A DNA stretch of 64,000 nucleotides from Haliotis rubra (taxonomy: Eukaryota), in assembly GCF_003918875.1 (NCBI RefSeq), contig NW_025767541.1:62001-126000 (forward strand). Direction: 5' to 3'. This document shows positions 1 to 13,410 of the stretch, in pieces; position 1 is the stretch's first letter; each line of letters starts with the position of its first letter. Below the pieces are notes generated by a model that saw only the letters and a program-made list of their open reading frames with translations, had not been told where the DNA came from and ran no database searches. The position numbers were made by a program, and so were the translations under genes.

Positions 1-81
1 TTGAAATAATTTTGCAATAACTGACAAAAACAAACACATATCATTCATAAATCAAATTTGTATTGATTAGGCAACATATTA

Positions 82-160
82 TGAGTGAGTGAGTTCATTT
101 TATTCCACACTCAGCAATATTCCAACTATATGGAGGCGGTCTGTAAATAATCGAGCCCTG
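82..160 (-). mobile_element. SINE family B, 3' fragment
   Basis: (GTGA)n tail plus ...ctcagcaatattccaactatatggaggcggtctgtaaataatcgag, matching the copies at 19915 and 54808. Confidence 0.8.
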
Positions 161-205
161 GAAAGCAACTTATTATGAACAATAACTTAATGAACCATTA
201 AATAT

Positions 206-730
206 TTACAACCTGTGCACTGTGTGCTTATACAACTTTGAGCTAGATATCAATGTCACAGTCAGAGTAGTCACTTTCGAGACAACAGATTCTTCAGAAT
301 CATAACAACTATCATCAGAACTGTCAGAGTCCTCTACTGTTGCCTTGAGAGCTGGATCTTGCAGTTCTGTTTCATTCTCAACATAAACAGTATCATTGTC
401 ATCTTTAGCTGTGAGAGTGGTGAGTTTTCTTTCTAGGTGTCGTGTTCTGCGAGGTTTTGCTCGCGTAACCAATGATGGATGGCCTGAGTTGCATCGTAAT
501 CTTCCACCTCTTCAGAATTTAGTTGGACTGTCAAGAGATTTGACACTGTGGAGCTGCTCAGTTTGTTTCTGATTTCCGCTTTGATAATTTTTAGCTGAGA
601 AAATCCACGTTCACATTCTGCTGTGGAGCCAGGTAAAGTCAACAGAAGGTCAATCATGTGCAGACAATTCTTGTGTGTCTCTCCATAGGTTTCCCACACA
701 ACATTCCAGGACAGTTCTGAAGGCTTGTGA
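206..730 (-). CDS. 3' exon of a ZNF862-like hAT-transposase-derived gene (hATC dimerisation domain plus acidic tail), with one frameshift near 460
   Basis: Acceptor ttattttcag at 731-740. Translation ...WETYGETHKNCLHMIDLLLTLPGSTAECERGFSQLKIIKAEIRNKLSSSTVSNLLTVQLN..AIHHW carries the hAT C-terminal motif. It continues in another frame as AKPRRTR...DSDSSDD. Confidence 0.75.
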
Positions 731-1154
731 CTGAAAATAACGATATCACATTTTATAACTGAATGAAGGTTATCATTTTACTTTAGGCAGACTATATTCA
801 AAACCTTACTAACATAAACATTTCTTCTTTACTTTCTTTAGTAATTCAACATAGCTGATGTTTATTTCCCATGTTAGTTACAAGCATCCATACTTGACAG
901 TTCCCTTTGAACATACCTAAACTGTAGATATGAAATGCAATGTACATCACCAAGTGTATATAAGTTTCCTTTGCATTCATAGAGTGAGTGATAACCCTGA
1001 ATGATACTTTCCACAGCATGCATCTTGTATTTGTCTATAGAGACTATAAAACACAAGTGCACTGTAATTGCTGATGTCTATACAATAAGAAGAAGATAAA
1101 TCATGGCCTGCAATTGTTTTTCTTTACCTATTGTAGATCTTAGTTTTTAGACTC

Positions 1155-1254
1155 NNNNNNNNNNNNNNNNNNNNNNNNNNNNNNNNNNNNNNNNNNNNNN
1201 NNNNNNNNNNNNNNNNNNNNNNNNNNNNNNNNNNNNNNNNNNNNNNNNNNNNNN
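1155..1254. other. Scaffold gap (100 N)
   Basis: Run of exactly 100 Ns. Confidence 0.99.
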
Positions 1255-4200
1255 CCCGGCCGTTTATCAGCCCATTGATAATATGGCTTCGCGTCATCGA
1301 TAATATCATATTCGGGCCAGATACTCGCGATGGGGATTATCACGTCTTTACGTTAGTACGGTTCGTACCGAAATCATGGATCGCCCGGGTTAAGTATGTT
1401 TCCAAACACTCACGGGATGGAGTCATGGCTCAAGTTGCTATCACCAAACACGATAGGTTCGTTGGCAGCAAGTTCGCATCACTCAACATGATGGTTATGG
1501 CCTGCGCCCCACCTAACTACGGGGATAATCGAGCGTCCGCCTGCAACAACAAAACGATGTAGATTACGTACCACCTAAAGCGGCCCGTTAAAGCATATTC
1601 AAACATCAAATGATAATCGATGGCCCGATGCAACACCAAAACACGGATATCGCCGCACCGGGTTGCGATAAAGTTCCGTACAACTCCAGCATTGATGAAT
1701 ATGGTTCGTTACGTTCGCCAACATGGGGATATTACGTCTTGCGGCTGCATCGAAATTCACGGGTAACATTTGCCCGGGTTACATTGCGTTCACCTGAATA
1801 TGATTTAACATGGCCTCGAGCGTACGGGATACAACATGGGTTCGTTGGCATAGTTCGCATCATTCCGTGTTACGGGGATGACGATGGCCCGCCGTACTGA
1901 CCAAACATCGATGGTTCACGGCCTCGGGTTAGTATGTTCGGTACGGTTTCGCCATATAAGTTTACCACCTAACATCATACTATCCGTTATCGATGAAAAT
2001 AGTGGTCAGCATACGTACCCTTAAGCGGGTATCATACGATATTGATATCAGCCGATACCCGGCATAAGCAGCGCACCGAAGCATGATGGACAAACAGAAT
2101 CAGCGTCATTAATCTTCATTTCAGACATTGATACGTAGCAGCCATCAGCGCCCATTTTATCGCATATCAATATGCGGTATGACCGGTCGAATGAACCGTC
2201 AGCATCAACAATCTGTAGAACATCATCATAAAAGTTACACATTTGTTCGCACGTTCACCGTACCAAGACGTAATTGAGCTGCTTCACTTGTTCAGTTCAA
2301 TTGTTGAACAACAACAAAGCTGACCACAGATCTTCAGACAACCAACGTCAGCAGCAGAAGTGCTGAAAACACGTTATGTTCTCAACATTAGATCTGTTAT
2401 ATTGAACAACACTAATCAGCCGGTACGGATTGAATACACTGTAATTGTTTCTATGGCAACCGAGCAGTCATCAATGTTCAGCAATAATAAACACGTAGGT
2501 TAAGGGCAATCCGTTACGAAATCGGTTCGTTGATTTTCATCAGCGTACCAGCTATACATTATCGATCACCAACATTCTGGAATACGCAGGAGTTGAAGAT
2601 TGTTATCGGCGTGGCAGCATTGGGAATATCTAAGTTTGCCTGCGGCTGGGTCGCCCATTACCACGACCCGTCAATGCGTAACGAAGTCTTCGACCAAAAC
2701 CAACATAATGTCATAATAATGCGAAAGTCAATCGATACGTTGGTGAATCTATCAGTTCGCCGGTGAAGCCGCCCAAGAATATTTCAACAATACATCAAAA
2801 TTCAGCCAGGCGAAGTTGGCACGTTACTTGTTTTCACGATCAACCTGAGTGCACGATAATAGCCTTCCTTCATATGGCCTGTTGAAGTATCGAACAGTTT
2901 GATAATCCTCGGCATTTTCGGCATTTATCGTGTCATCACCAGAAGCCGTAGCGATAGCCAGTCAACCGAAAGGTCATTCCCAACCGCCAGTCGAGGAGCG
3001 AGCACGCCATCACACCAGCCAGGTCTCAACAGGACAATCCAGGCGATCAAACCGCCGTAAAACAAAAACACCGACCTTCTGTTTGTTCACCCCAGCCGAC
3101 CCATTGGTGCTTACGTCTGGCGCGTTCAATATATTGTATTACGCTTCGTTCATCCTTCGAGCGTATCTTCCGTGAGCTATCGTAGCAGGAACGTCAGAGA
3201 TAATGTAATATGTACTGCGTTTGTTTGAAAACGCCATAACGCCGCAGACGCAAAGTCAATTTCGACCGTGCCAACGCAAAAAGAAAATGCATCTTCTTCG
3301 TCCTCGAAACAAACGCAAACAGCTGCACAGGGTGATGACCGTACCGGCGAAAGCGTTTTGTTCACGGCAGCGTTTGCGCAGCGACAAGGCGTCGATGTTC
3401 TATCGCGATATCATAAAGCACAATTAAAGCTACAGTGCCCTCGCCATGGAAAACATGAAAGCTTCGATGAAACCTCATGCTCGAATCCGTCAGCCGCGCC
3501 AGCGTTATTGGTGTTCACGTCATTCGCCGTGGTCTCGATTCCATCGTCCCGTTTGCATGCATCCATAACACGTCATTCGCCAAAGGAAGAGGGTACAGTT
3601 CGCATTGGTAATGAATCGTCGCTGAATTTGAAGCCATTCACCACAGGCAGCGCAAAGAATGCGCTTGAATCAAGGCGAAAGTATATGCATGTTATCTTCA
3701 CGGCCGCAATTTCGCAAAGCGTATACCACCCGTTTTGAACTACGAACACAAGCTGTCAATGGCAGCCCCACCTGGTTAGCCATGCCATACGTCATAAATA
3801 CCGCACGCCGAATCGAAAGCATGACCAGTCACCGAAATGTCAGTATACGCAGTGGGCACCATACCGTATCTCGCAAATGTATTACGGCGTATACCCGCTA
3901 CCAGTCCCGCAAATGGCCGTATACGGGCGCATTCATACTGTAGCCCGCAATGCGCCATTACGGCGCATACCTGTTCGTACTTCCGCAACGCCGATTACGG
4001 CGCATGTTCATAATTTCATCCTGCGTACGGCGCGTCTGCTCGTATTGCGCACGTTACACATGGTACCTTGTATCCACGCCGGGTATTGCCGGCGTATACC
4101 ATACTGTATCTGCAATACGGCGGCATCTTCAGTCTCCGCAACGCTGTGGATAACGCGGTATTGTCAAGACCACGTTCTCGTTGCCGGGCAAGCGTTTATA

Positions 4201-7200
4201 ATCATCGTGAAAGCTGCTCCAACCGACCGCAACAGTCAGGTCACGTCCTTACCAGGCCGCAGCATGCCAGTCATGGCAGTCTTTCCCTGAGCCGACAGGT
4301 CATATGAAAGCGCAAAATCAACGGAAACGAAGGTTGAATAGTAGCAGCCGAGCAAAACCAAAACGCATTGAGAACGAATATTTTCGAGCGAAAATGGATT
4401 AAACAATGCCAGCAGTGAAGACACCAGGTACCATTGTTATCAGAAATACCGCCGTAGTCGGCGTCACATCGTCTGCCTCACTCACAATCTTCCGCCAGCC
4501 ATCGCCAGTCTTCGCCTTCAACGGTGCAATACATCAAATCTATCATTTTGCAGAAAGCTCGAAATATCCGCCCTGTACCAATACAGAACCGAAGGTTAGA
4601 CCGATTCAAAAATATGCCAATGCAAAGAGGCCATTGATCGGTGGCATTGCCGACTGCTGACACATCAACGTCTAATGACGATGCTCGCCGCTGATCACCG
4701 GATCGTTCGAACAAACTCTATTACTAGATCAAACGCCACAGGTGGACAGTTGTTGAGCGTGGCGCAAAATAACCACTGACTTCATTGAAGAACAGCCGCG
4801 GTAGCATTGTTCAGTATTTGTTATTGACGGTAAGTGAACAGGCAGCTGACGCGTGCGAATCATTTCCAGTTTACAATCAGTCATACTGGAATCAGCATTG
4901 CGCCTATCGTGCCGTTAATCACAGACTTTCATTCCGATCATTAATATGCCTGAAATCGTGGAATAATGTGCCAGAAATTGCTATCAGTCCTTTGCCATTG
5001 GTGACGGGCCTGCCCATCATCGCGTTCCCGCCCATAATTCATCAACAATCGTTAAACAGTTGCGTATTTTCCAGAGGACGGTCTTCTCTGTGCGCAAGCC
5101 GGTCAAACGGCACAGAATCACTGTTCTCGTTTTCCGTAAACAACATCATTCCGTGTTTCAGACATTTCAACTGAGGAGGAAACCGGTGGCTAAGATCCTG
5201 TTCCGCGGTCTTCGCTCTGACGCCCAGCAGATCTAAAGGAAGATAACTATCGTCTGGACCGGTTACGAAGAACAGCATGAAATACCCCACGCTCTCGCAA
5301 AGACCGCCCGGTGGGGACATGGCAGCACGCCAGATCTGGTTGGTACCATCCACGGCCCTAAAATGATCAAACAAAGTTTCTAATAAATCAGCCACCCGTC
5401 AAGTCCTCACCTGTGATTACGCATTCTCAACTTCGTTTCCAAGTCACGTACATCCAGAAGGTAACGATTCATTCACCAGAATCGCCATAAGCCGAATAGT
5501 CAAATATCCATCAACTGAATCAAAGCTCACCTTTCCGTTTGTTACCAGATTATCGTTAATTTTCGTTCGGTGTTCAATGGGTCATCGCTTCGAAAAGCTT
5601 AACTCAGACAATTTCTATTCAGCCGGATACGCAAACAGTGAAACAGAACAACGATATCATTCATATTGATGTACGGTGCGTTAGCAACGCCAGCTTAAGC
5701 GATCAATATCAACATTCAGTGCCTGGTTGCGTCGACAGCGAAGTGGGGGAAGGTTGTTGAACGTCGTTGTTAACATGGTTACCAGGAATTGCCGCGACAC
5801 TGGTCGTTTATCGGTAATAATGGCAACAATTTATCAGAGGAAAGTTTCATTATGTTCATTACTATACGTCACTGCTTATCATTTCAAACGCTCAATACAG
5901 GGAGACCCACTACGGGTCTTCGACTTCTAGAATGATCATGAAATGGGCGACTGCGTTGCGATTGCCGTTTGCGCAGCCGATCACCAGCTCACGGCAATCG
6001 AGCACACCCGCGATTCAAACCAGTCGCGATCAAATGACTATCCTCGACCAGAAACCGTCACTACGTAACCGAGTATCATCGCACTTCCGGCAAAAACGGA
6101 GACCGGTTATACAAAGCCCATACTCAAACACAGTTGTGGAAATTAAGTATGATGCTTCGATATTAATTTTACTTCGTTATTCGCCGTTATCGATTGTCGT
6201 TTCATAGTCAGCGGTTTGGGGGCGGTTCGTAACCGGCAAATTGACAGCAAATCACGTCTACTCGATAATTTGAAATTCGTTCAGAACTGGTTTTTGCTCC
6301 GACTGGTTTTCACCGCTTTGGCATCGAGGAGTTCCGGCATTGTTAATACTGATTTTAGCGGCGTTGAAAGCTCCACGGTCGTTATTTAGCAGGTAGTCGG
6401 ACAGATCGGATAAGCGTTACCCATTGCGTCACCATTTTCAAATATTTGTTGTCCATCGTTAATTCGTTTACAGCGTATACGGATAATTCAGGGCATTTTG
6501 AAAATGGTTTTCGTAACCACGGCAACACACCAAGACATCTTTCCGCTGAAGAGTATCCGCTTTATTGAGTGCTCTCTGTCATTGTTGACGCAGCTTCTAA
6601 ATATTCACCGTCAAAAATCATCGGTTTATAAGAGCTGTTTCGTCCAGAGATCAAGATTTGAGAAATGCGTTTCGATAAATGTCGACAGTTCTAGATTATC
6701 CGGTTCTTGGTCGTCTCCAAAACATATGCAGCCGATTTTACGAAACATCGTGTCATGGCTTCAAAAATTAATTATATTCGAGTTTCAAGCAAATCGCCCA
6801 TGAGAACGCCTGGCAGCGTAACAAAATCGTATTCGGCTCGTAATTGTTCGGTGTTCGTTTGGTTGTAGTTCGATATCAGCATCAATAACCGTGAATTAAC
6901 CGATTGAAAGCTGCGTTGACACGTAGTCATGTCATACAATAATTGTAGCGTTATTACATGTTTCGACACCAAAACATGATCATCGTCGGCGCCATTTTCA
7001 AAACGCCAATTGATATTCGTCAGCGAAAAGACGGCAGTGAAACATGAAAGTACCGTTGTTCATTTTATGTTGAATATTACCGTCGCCGGATTGCTTATCT
7101 ACCAGTCAAACCATAAACAATCATCTGTTCTTCGCAGTTATCATGGGTTTTATGTTATCGCCAGTACTTGGTCGGGTCGTCAGTGAGCGTATGTTCGGCT

Positions 7201-10200
7201 CAGTTCCCATGCGACGCATATTGAACGCAAATTACTTCGGTACAAATTATTTCATAACAAAAGCGCCAAATGGACATATTTTCTTAGTTAATGATATATT
7301 GTCAGTCTTCGTGTTGACTATCGACAATCTTGTCATCTTCCCATGGGTCTCACCTCTTTAGTTGTCACGATTTCAGTGACAGATGGTGTTCGGTCATGTT
7401 GTCATCATGCAAATGGAACTTACGGTTATACTTCGAATACCAATAATGGCTTATTTAGCCGACTAAGGTCGCATGCTCCCCGAATACTACCTTATCACTT
7501 CGATAACCACTGCACATATGAAAGTTGAACATGCCTCGCCATTAACAGCATCAATTTCGCCTTACGGACTTCGTCCCCGCAAACCCGTGCCAGTAAATCA
7601 CCAGTCAAAAGCAATATTCCCCAAATACCAATATATCTTACTTTGGCCCACCCCATGCATGCATGACGCATCACAACCCGGAAAACCTTCGCAAGCTTCA
7701 CATTTCGGTCAACAAAGATGATTCCGTTTTGAGGAAAATTAATCTCGAAAGAGAAGGAACCGCGAAACAAGAACAAAATTGGCTCAGTTTTCAGCAAGCA
7801 AAAACACCGAATTCAAAAACCGCAACAGGAACAGAAAGTGTTTATATTCAATAATTACGCGCTAAAGCTAAGCAAAAGTACCAAACTAAATATGAATAAA
7901 AGCGATACTGGGGAAGTAGTAATGTCTGAAACAAGATTTCAGCAACAGCAACATCATCAGGTTGAACAGTAGCGTTATCGTTTGATGCCGTTGACTTGCC
8001 AAATCGATAACACTGGCTGCATGGAAGGCCAACAATATTGCCTCATTCACCTAAACGTGCGCCATTGTAGCCCCAAGACTTCATCTCTCGATCGTAGTCA
8101 ATGTACAAGAATGGCTTCAAGAGTTCCTCATAGGCCATGAACATTCGAGATAGCTCGTAGAACTTCAGATTTTGTCAGAATGAGAGATCATGTAGTCTGC
8201 GATGGGCAGGATCATGCGTTGGTTCGCCACACGACTGCCGACGAAGTTAAACCACACAACAACCACATTACCATCAGCTTTCAGCAATACCGAAGCCGTA
8301 ACGAAAGCAGTCTAAGATTTTCAGTGTTCTGACCATTCACTGGGGCTTCTGCCGACGCAGCGATATTTTCTATCAAATTATTTATACCAGAGAACAACCG
8401 CTGTGACGCGCCTGAGGGTTCCGAATGGAATGCGCAGTTTCGATGAGCTTCCTTTACAGAAATGTTCGAAAGTACCCTCGCAAGTTTTTCCCGTATAGTG
8501 ACCATACCATCATTGACACATTGCGCCGTCGCGAGCCACGCCGTGTTGTTTGTGACCGGCAACACGCCACATTGCCGTTTCGTTAACAGCTGACCCATTA
8601 CAACGTTATTATTGGCAGTTTGAGTAAAGTCATGAACTCGAATAGTCATTGTCACCCGTGTGACATCCAGACAGGTACCTCGTTGCGTAACTCATTATCA
8701 TCTCAAGACAGGCACTTCGTTACCCGCTGGTCACTGGCATTGTCACCGTGTGATCCACTAATAACTTCAGACAGGCACTACACGTGCGATCCCATTCGGT
8801 CATCTCGGTATCAGGTACTTCAGCCGTCTTTGCATCCCACCACGACAGGCATTGCCTGCGTGAACATCGTTAAATATCTCGCTATCGCGACTTCACCATC
8901 AACAAATATTCGCGAGTCGCGTACGTTACCGTGTAATCCCGATCAATATCTTCGGTATCAGGCACTTCTCGTCGCCCGTAACTCAATAACTTTATAGGTA
9001 CCGTTACCGTGTAACTCATCATCACTAAGACAGCACTTCGTTACCGTGCATCGACATCCACAAGACGAGGTATTCGCTCCACCGAAATGATTAATATCCA
9101 CAGACAGGCATTGTTACCCGTGCGAATCGATTGTCATCTCAAGACAGATTGTCACCCGTATCAGTCCGATACAGTTCGACCACTAACACCACAGACAGGT
9201 ATCGTCACCGTGCGAACTATTCAATACTAAGACAGTGTATTTTCTACCAGCAGTCCTTGCTCGACGTTCGCGACAGGTAATACCAGCCGTGCGACATCAC
9301 CTGGACTATGATCAAAACGTTGGATATCTGCGTCCCGGGGAATCGTGTCAGTTATGATAGCGTGCCGCAAATCATGTTAACATTTTCCACTTCCTTCTCT
9401 TCAAGAAAAGCAATTCAAATGTCGCTTTTCCTCACGAAGGTTGCAGTTCATAGCCCGTTATTGCCGCAGATACGTGTTGATAGAACAATACAAGGGCCTT
9501 TGTTCTTCGACAACCGTTCTTACCGGATAATACAAGGAAGCCAGCACCACTGCGATGTTGAAGAAATTATTGCCAAAACCATACAGCTGGAATATTGCTG
9601 TTCGTTCACCGGGTAACCGTTGCCGATATTTACCATGCCAAACCTGGTTCACCTCAGATACGGGTACACCAGCTCACCAGCCAGCCTCGCCACATTGCTG
9701 AAATATTGTTGTACCGCGCAACATGCCGCTTTCATTCAGCCTTGCTCACCGAGCCAGTCCGCCGCGATATTGCTGGAATAATAAGCAGCCGGGCGAGTCC
9801 GTCAGTCAGCTCAAGCGGGTAGCCTGGTTAGCAGGCCTGCCAGATGCCAGCGACTGCTGATTCCGACATGGGCATATCGCGAAGCTCATAATCGATTGCT
9901 GGAATATTGCTAAAACAGGCGCAAAACAGCCGATGTAGTTACCGATGCCAGCATGATAACAGCATTATTAATAAGCCGTCAGCAGCCACGCAACATAACA
10001 GCAATATATTTGTCGTTATTCCGTAGAACAGTAGCCGTCAGCAATGAGAAAGTAATATCAGCTTGGCGGTCAATCGGTCAAATCGCGGCGTGGCATGATG
10101 CGCCGCCCCAGCCTGCTGATCTTTATAAAGTGACAGATATTATTTCGAAAAATGTTTATGTCAATACAAATTAAGCTGAATTTTTCAAAAAATATATAAT

Positions 10201-11741
10201 TTTACCGATGGAAGTTAGTGAATTCAAAACAATTTCTCAAATAATTATTATACGTTTGGTTGTAATAGCGCTTTCGTATCGTTGGGGGCTTCCTTATCAT
10301 TTATCAGAATACCCACGCGATCTATCGCGTTCCAGAACTGCGAAAGATGGCCATTTTCGACATTTTAAAGCATTTATTCACGTAATTACGTATTGTATAT
10401 AATATAATACTTTAAGTTTGTCTTGTATCACCGAGATAACATGGTTACTTCGACCAAAATAACAGTTATGTATCCAGGAACAATCCTGTCTAAAGTGGAA
10501 AACAAATTCCAACAGTTCAGATTGCTGGTTTCCCGCAGCAGCCACAGATGACAGTAGTCCTTCTGGTTTCGACCGAACATATTGTTGCCATTGAAGGAAA
10601 CAACTGGTTAGTACGTAAAGTCGTTTTTCTGTTCATTTCGTCGTCATCATTGGCGTTGATTACCGTATTCATCACCAGCCAATCATGGTGTCACCAGTCA
10701 GTGCAGATTGTACAAAGTCAGTTACCACAATCATCGGGTGCCTGAAAGTGCCATTTTAATGGTCGTTTGTCATTAAACAGCCGCCCGTAAAGTCAGTTAT
10801 CACTAAAGTCAGCCGGTGTCGCCGTCGTCACCGGTGTCAATCGCTCAACAAATCATCGTTATTGTCGTCATCAACAGTATCGAAATGAGTGGTTCAAAGC
10901 TCGACGTTGTTGAAGTCAAGCCGTTCGGAAATTTTCTTCATCAGTCGAGGTTCGGCCGGAATTTTTATGGCCGACATTTCGTCAGACGATCATTCCATGA
11001 CCGTCATGTCATATTTAGATTAAGAAAGATGAATGGAAAGCCACGAGTAGCGGGATGGAGTCAACTTTTCGCCAGTGAAGATAGTAATAGACAAACCGGT
11101 TGGTTTGTGTTACGATTGATAGAGCAGAAGAATACGGTTAAAGAAATCAACAAAAGAGTATGTCATTACCGTTTCCAGTTGGTTGAGCAACGGCGGCGTG
11201 ACGATACGCAAGTCGTAATATTCGAAGCCTGATCATCGCGCGATTTTCGACAAAATACAAAGAAATAGTGCGATATTGAGAAGAAAAGAAAGCAGCAATT
11301 AACGAACACGTAAATCACGAGCGGTATTTCCGGTAATGACCGTCACCTTCGTTTCGTAGCATGCAGATCGTGTTACGGTTGCCGTCGCAAACAAGGATTC
11401 CCTTCCTCCATGACAGATACAACGCGACCTTTTGTTGGTTGTTCATTTGAACACGATGCCGTTCCACGTCTGTTACTGGTCATATTCACGTGGATAATAA
11501 AAGTTTAGCAGACCGGGAATTCCAGCGAGCATCGATGAAAATTTATCGCAAGCTAAACCTTCGAATACACTGGTTTGTGCTAAATCGTCATGCTTCAGCT
11601 GTGGTCAAGATTATGATTACGTTTGCACCTCGATGCCGCAGGAATGAACGGTATTGGCGCATCATAAATTGCCGTTGTTTAATACAGTTATTGCAGAACC
11701 GAATTTGAAAATTGAACAACAAGATGCCAATTTTCAATATT
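1255..11741 (-). other. Low-quality inverted copy of about 11908-24900 (fold-back read / assembly artefact)
   Basis: Colinear reverse-complement anchors: 11690-11741 to 11908-11972; 11510-11545 to about 12150-12190; 10742 to 12395-12418; 9760-9960 to the SINEs at 13370-13630; 8650-9290 to the 41-bp array; 8100-8190 to 15760-15860; 6290-6350 to the OSGIN 3' end; 5150-5340 to exon 19295-19486; 3660-4170 to the 42-bp array; 2347-2396 to 23296-23342; 1255-1980 to the 44-bp array. Confidence 0.92.
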
Positions 11742-12215
11742 AGTTATCATCAATTGCTTTGAGCAATGCTTGATAAATGCCAAGAGAATCTGCTCTTTGA
11801 CATGGATTAACTTGACGAAAAATACAAAGATTTTTTTCCTCTGATAGCACATCTGGAGGTAGACAATTTCATTTTCTTGTGTGCTAACATCTGTGGAGCC
11901 GTCACTCAATATTGAAAAGAAATTGGCATCTTTAATCTGTTGTTCAATTTTCAAATTCTCAGTTTCTGCAATAGCTTGTGTAAACGAAGCAGCAGATTTA
12001 TCTGATGCATATGCTTTACCAGTTTCAATTCCTTTTCTGGCATCAAGTTTTCGTTGCCAAACGTAATCCATAAATGGTCTTGAATTTTTAGCTAGGGCAT
12101 GACAGTTGCTAAACAGTGTATTCAGGGTTTTGAAAGCTTTTGCATTCAGTTTTTCCATCGATTGCTCCGCTGGAGATTCCCGAGGTCTCATTTCCTTCGC
12201 TTTGTGAAATTCCAC
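11742..12215 (-). CDS. Central part of the ZNF862-like hAT transposase (DUF4371-like region and first catalytic Asp), truncated on both sides in the assembly
   Basis: ...LNTLFSNCHALAKNSRPFMDYVWQRKLDARKGIETGKAYASDKSAASFTQAIAE...ANFFSILSDGSTDVSTQENEIVY matches the hAT/ZNF862 FSI(L)xDGSTD motif. Same strand as the hATC exon at 206-730. Confidence 0.75.
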
Positions 12216-12254
12216 GGCCCTAGTATGACCAAATGACAGATGATGGGTTTAAAG

Positions 12255-12535
12255 AGACAACTGACACTGATGACTGAGAGTGATGACAATGTGATGGTTG
12301 ACAATGACAGTTGACACAGGGATAATTGACAGTGACAACTGACACTGATGACTGAGAGTGATGCCTGACACAGGCATGACTGACAATGATGACTGACCAT
12401 TAAAAATGGCACTTTCAGACTTACACAGGAATGATTGACAATGATGACTGACTGTCACAATCGACACACTGACAATTGACACCATGATTGACAGTGATGA
12501 ATGCAATTGACAATCAACACTGTGATGACTGACAA
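12255..12535. repeat. Degenerate TGAC/TGACA-rich low-complexity tandem repeat
   Basis: Repeated tgac/tgatgac/caattgac motifs. Confidence 0.7.
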
Positions 12536-13410
12536 GAATAAGGAGATTGAGGATTTCAGCAAGAAACCTATGACATACTACATAGTACTGTAGTTGTTTC
12601 CTTCAATGTAAGCAATACCTCAATGTTCAGACTCAAGTAGAAGTTCTGTCATCTGTCAATACCTTGCAGAATTAACCCATCCCTGAAACTGATAAATTTA
12701 AGGATATTATACTACTCCACTTTAGATTAGGATGTTATAATTCCTGGATACACATAACTGATTGTTACAGGTCAAATGTATATTAACACATATCTCACAA
12801 AACTGATTGTCCCTAAGATAAACTAAGTAATATATTATACTTCTAATACATGAGTACATGAATTCATGTTTTAAAAAAATAATCCAGAAATGTGTCTTCC
12901 ATCTTTCACTAGTTCTGATTGCAATAGATCACGTAGATTTATTCTGATAAATGATGGGAAACTGTGCCGTACAGAAAATATATTACAACCAAACAATATA
13001 TGGAGTGTGGTATTTGAAAGTCACATAAAAATTGCTGAATTTATAACTTCCATGGTAAATTATATATTTTTTTATTAAAAAAATAATAATTTAGCCAATG
13101 ACATAAAAAACATTTTTCAAATGAAAAATATCTGTCACTTTTATAAAAGTCAAGCAGGCTGGGGACGAGCAACAAAGATACATCATGCCACACTTATATT
13201 GATTTATCCGACAGGTGGTTATTGATGACCATAAGCTGACAGCAAATATTATTACTTTCCTCATTGCTGACGCTACGGTAGTGTTTCTACAGAGTCACGC
13301 TTGACAAAATATGTGCTGATTGTGTTGCCGTAACAGCCAATCAACTGGCAACCTGTTATGAATACACTGGTATCATGCTGTATCAACCAGCTACAGCACT
13401 GAGATCAAAC

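Noticed and set aside
4400-6400. Apparent second, diverged OSGIN paralog or pseudogene on the plus strand
   Set aside because: Part of the fold-back artefact. Exons are as garbled as introns, with no codon-position pattern.
1255-11741. About 40 short ORFs and CpG-rich composition suggesting a bacterial or viral HGT island or a novel operon
   Set aside because: The block aligns colinearly to the reverse complement of the neighbouring host DNA, and no ORF has a recognisable domain.
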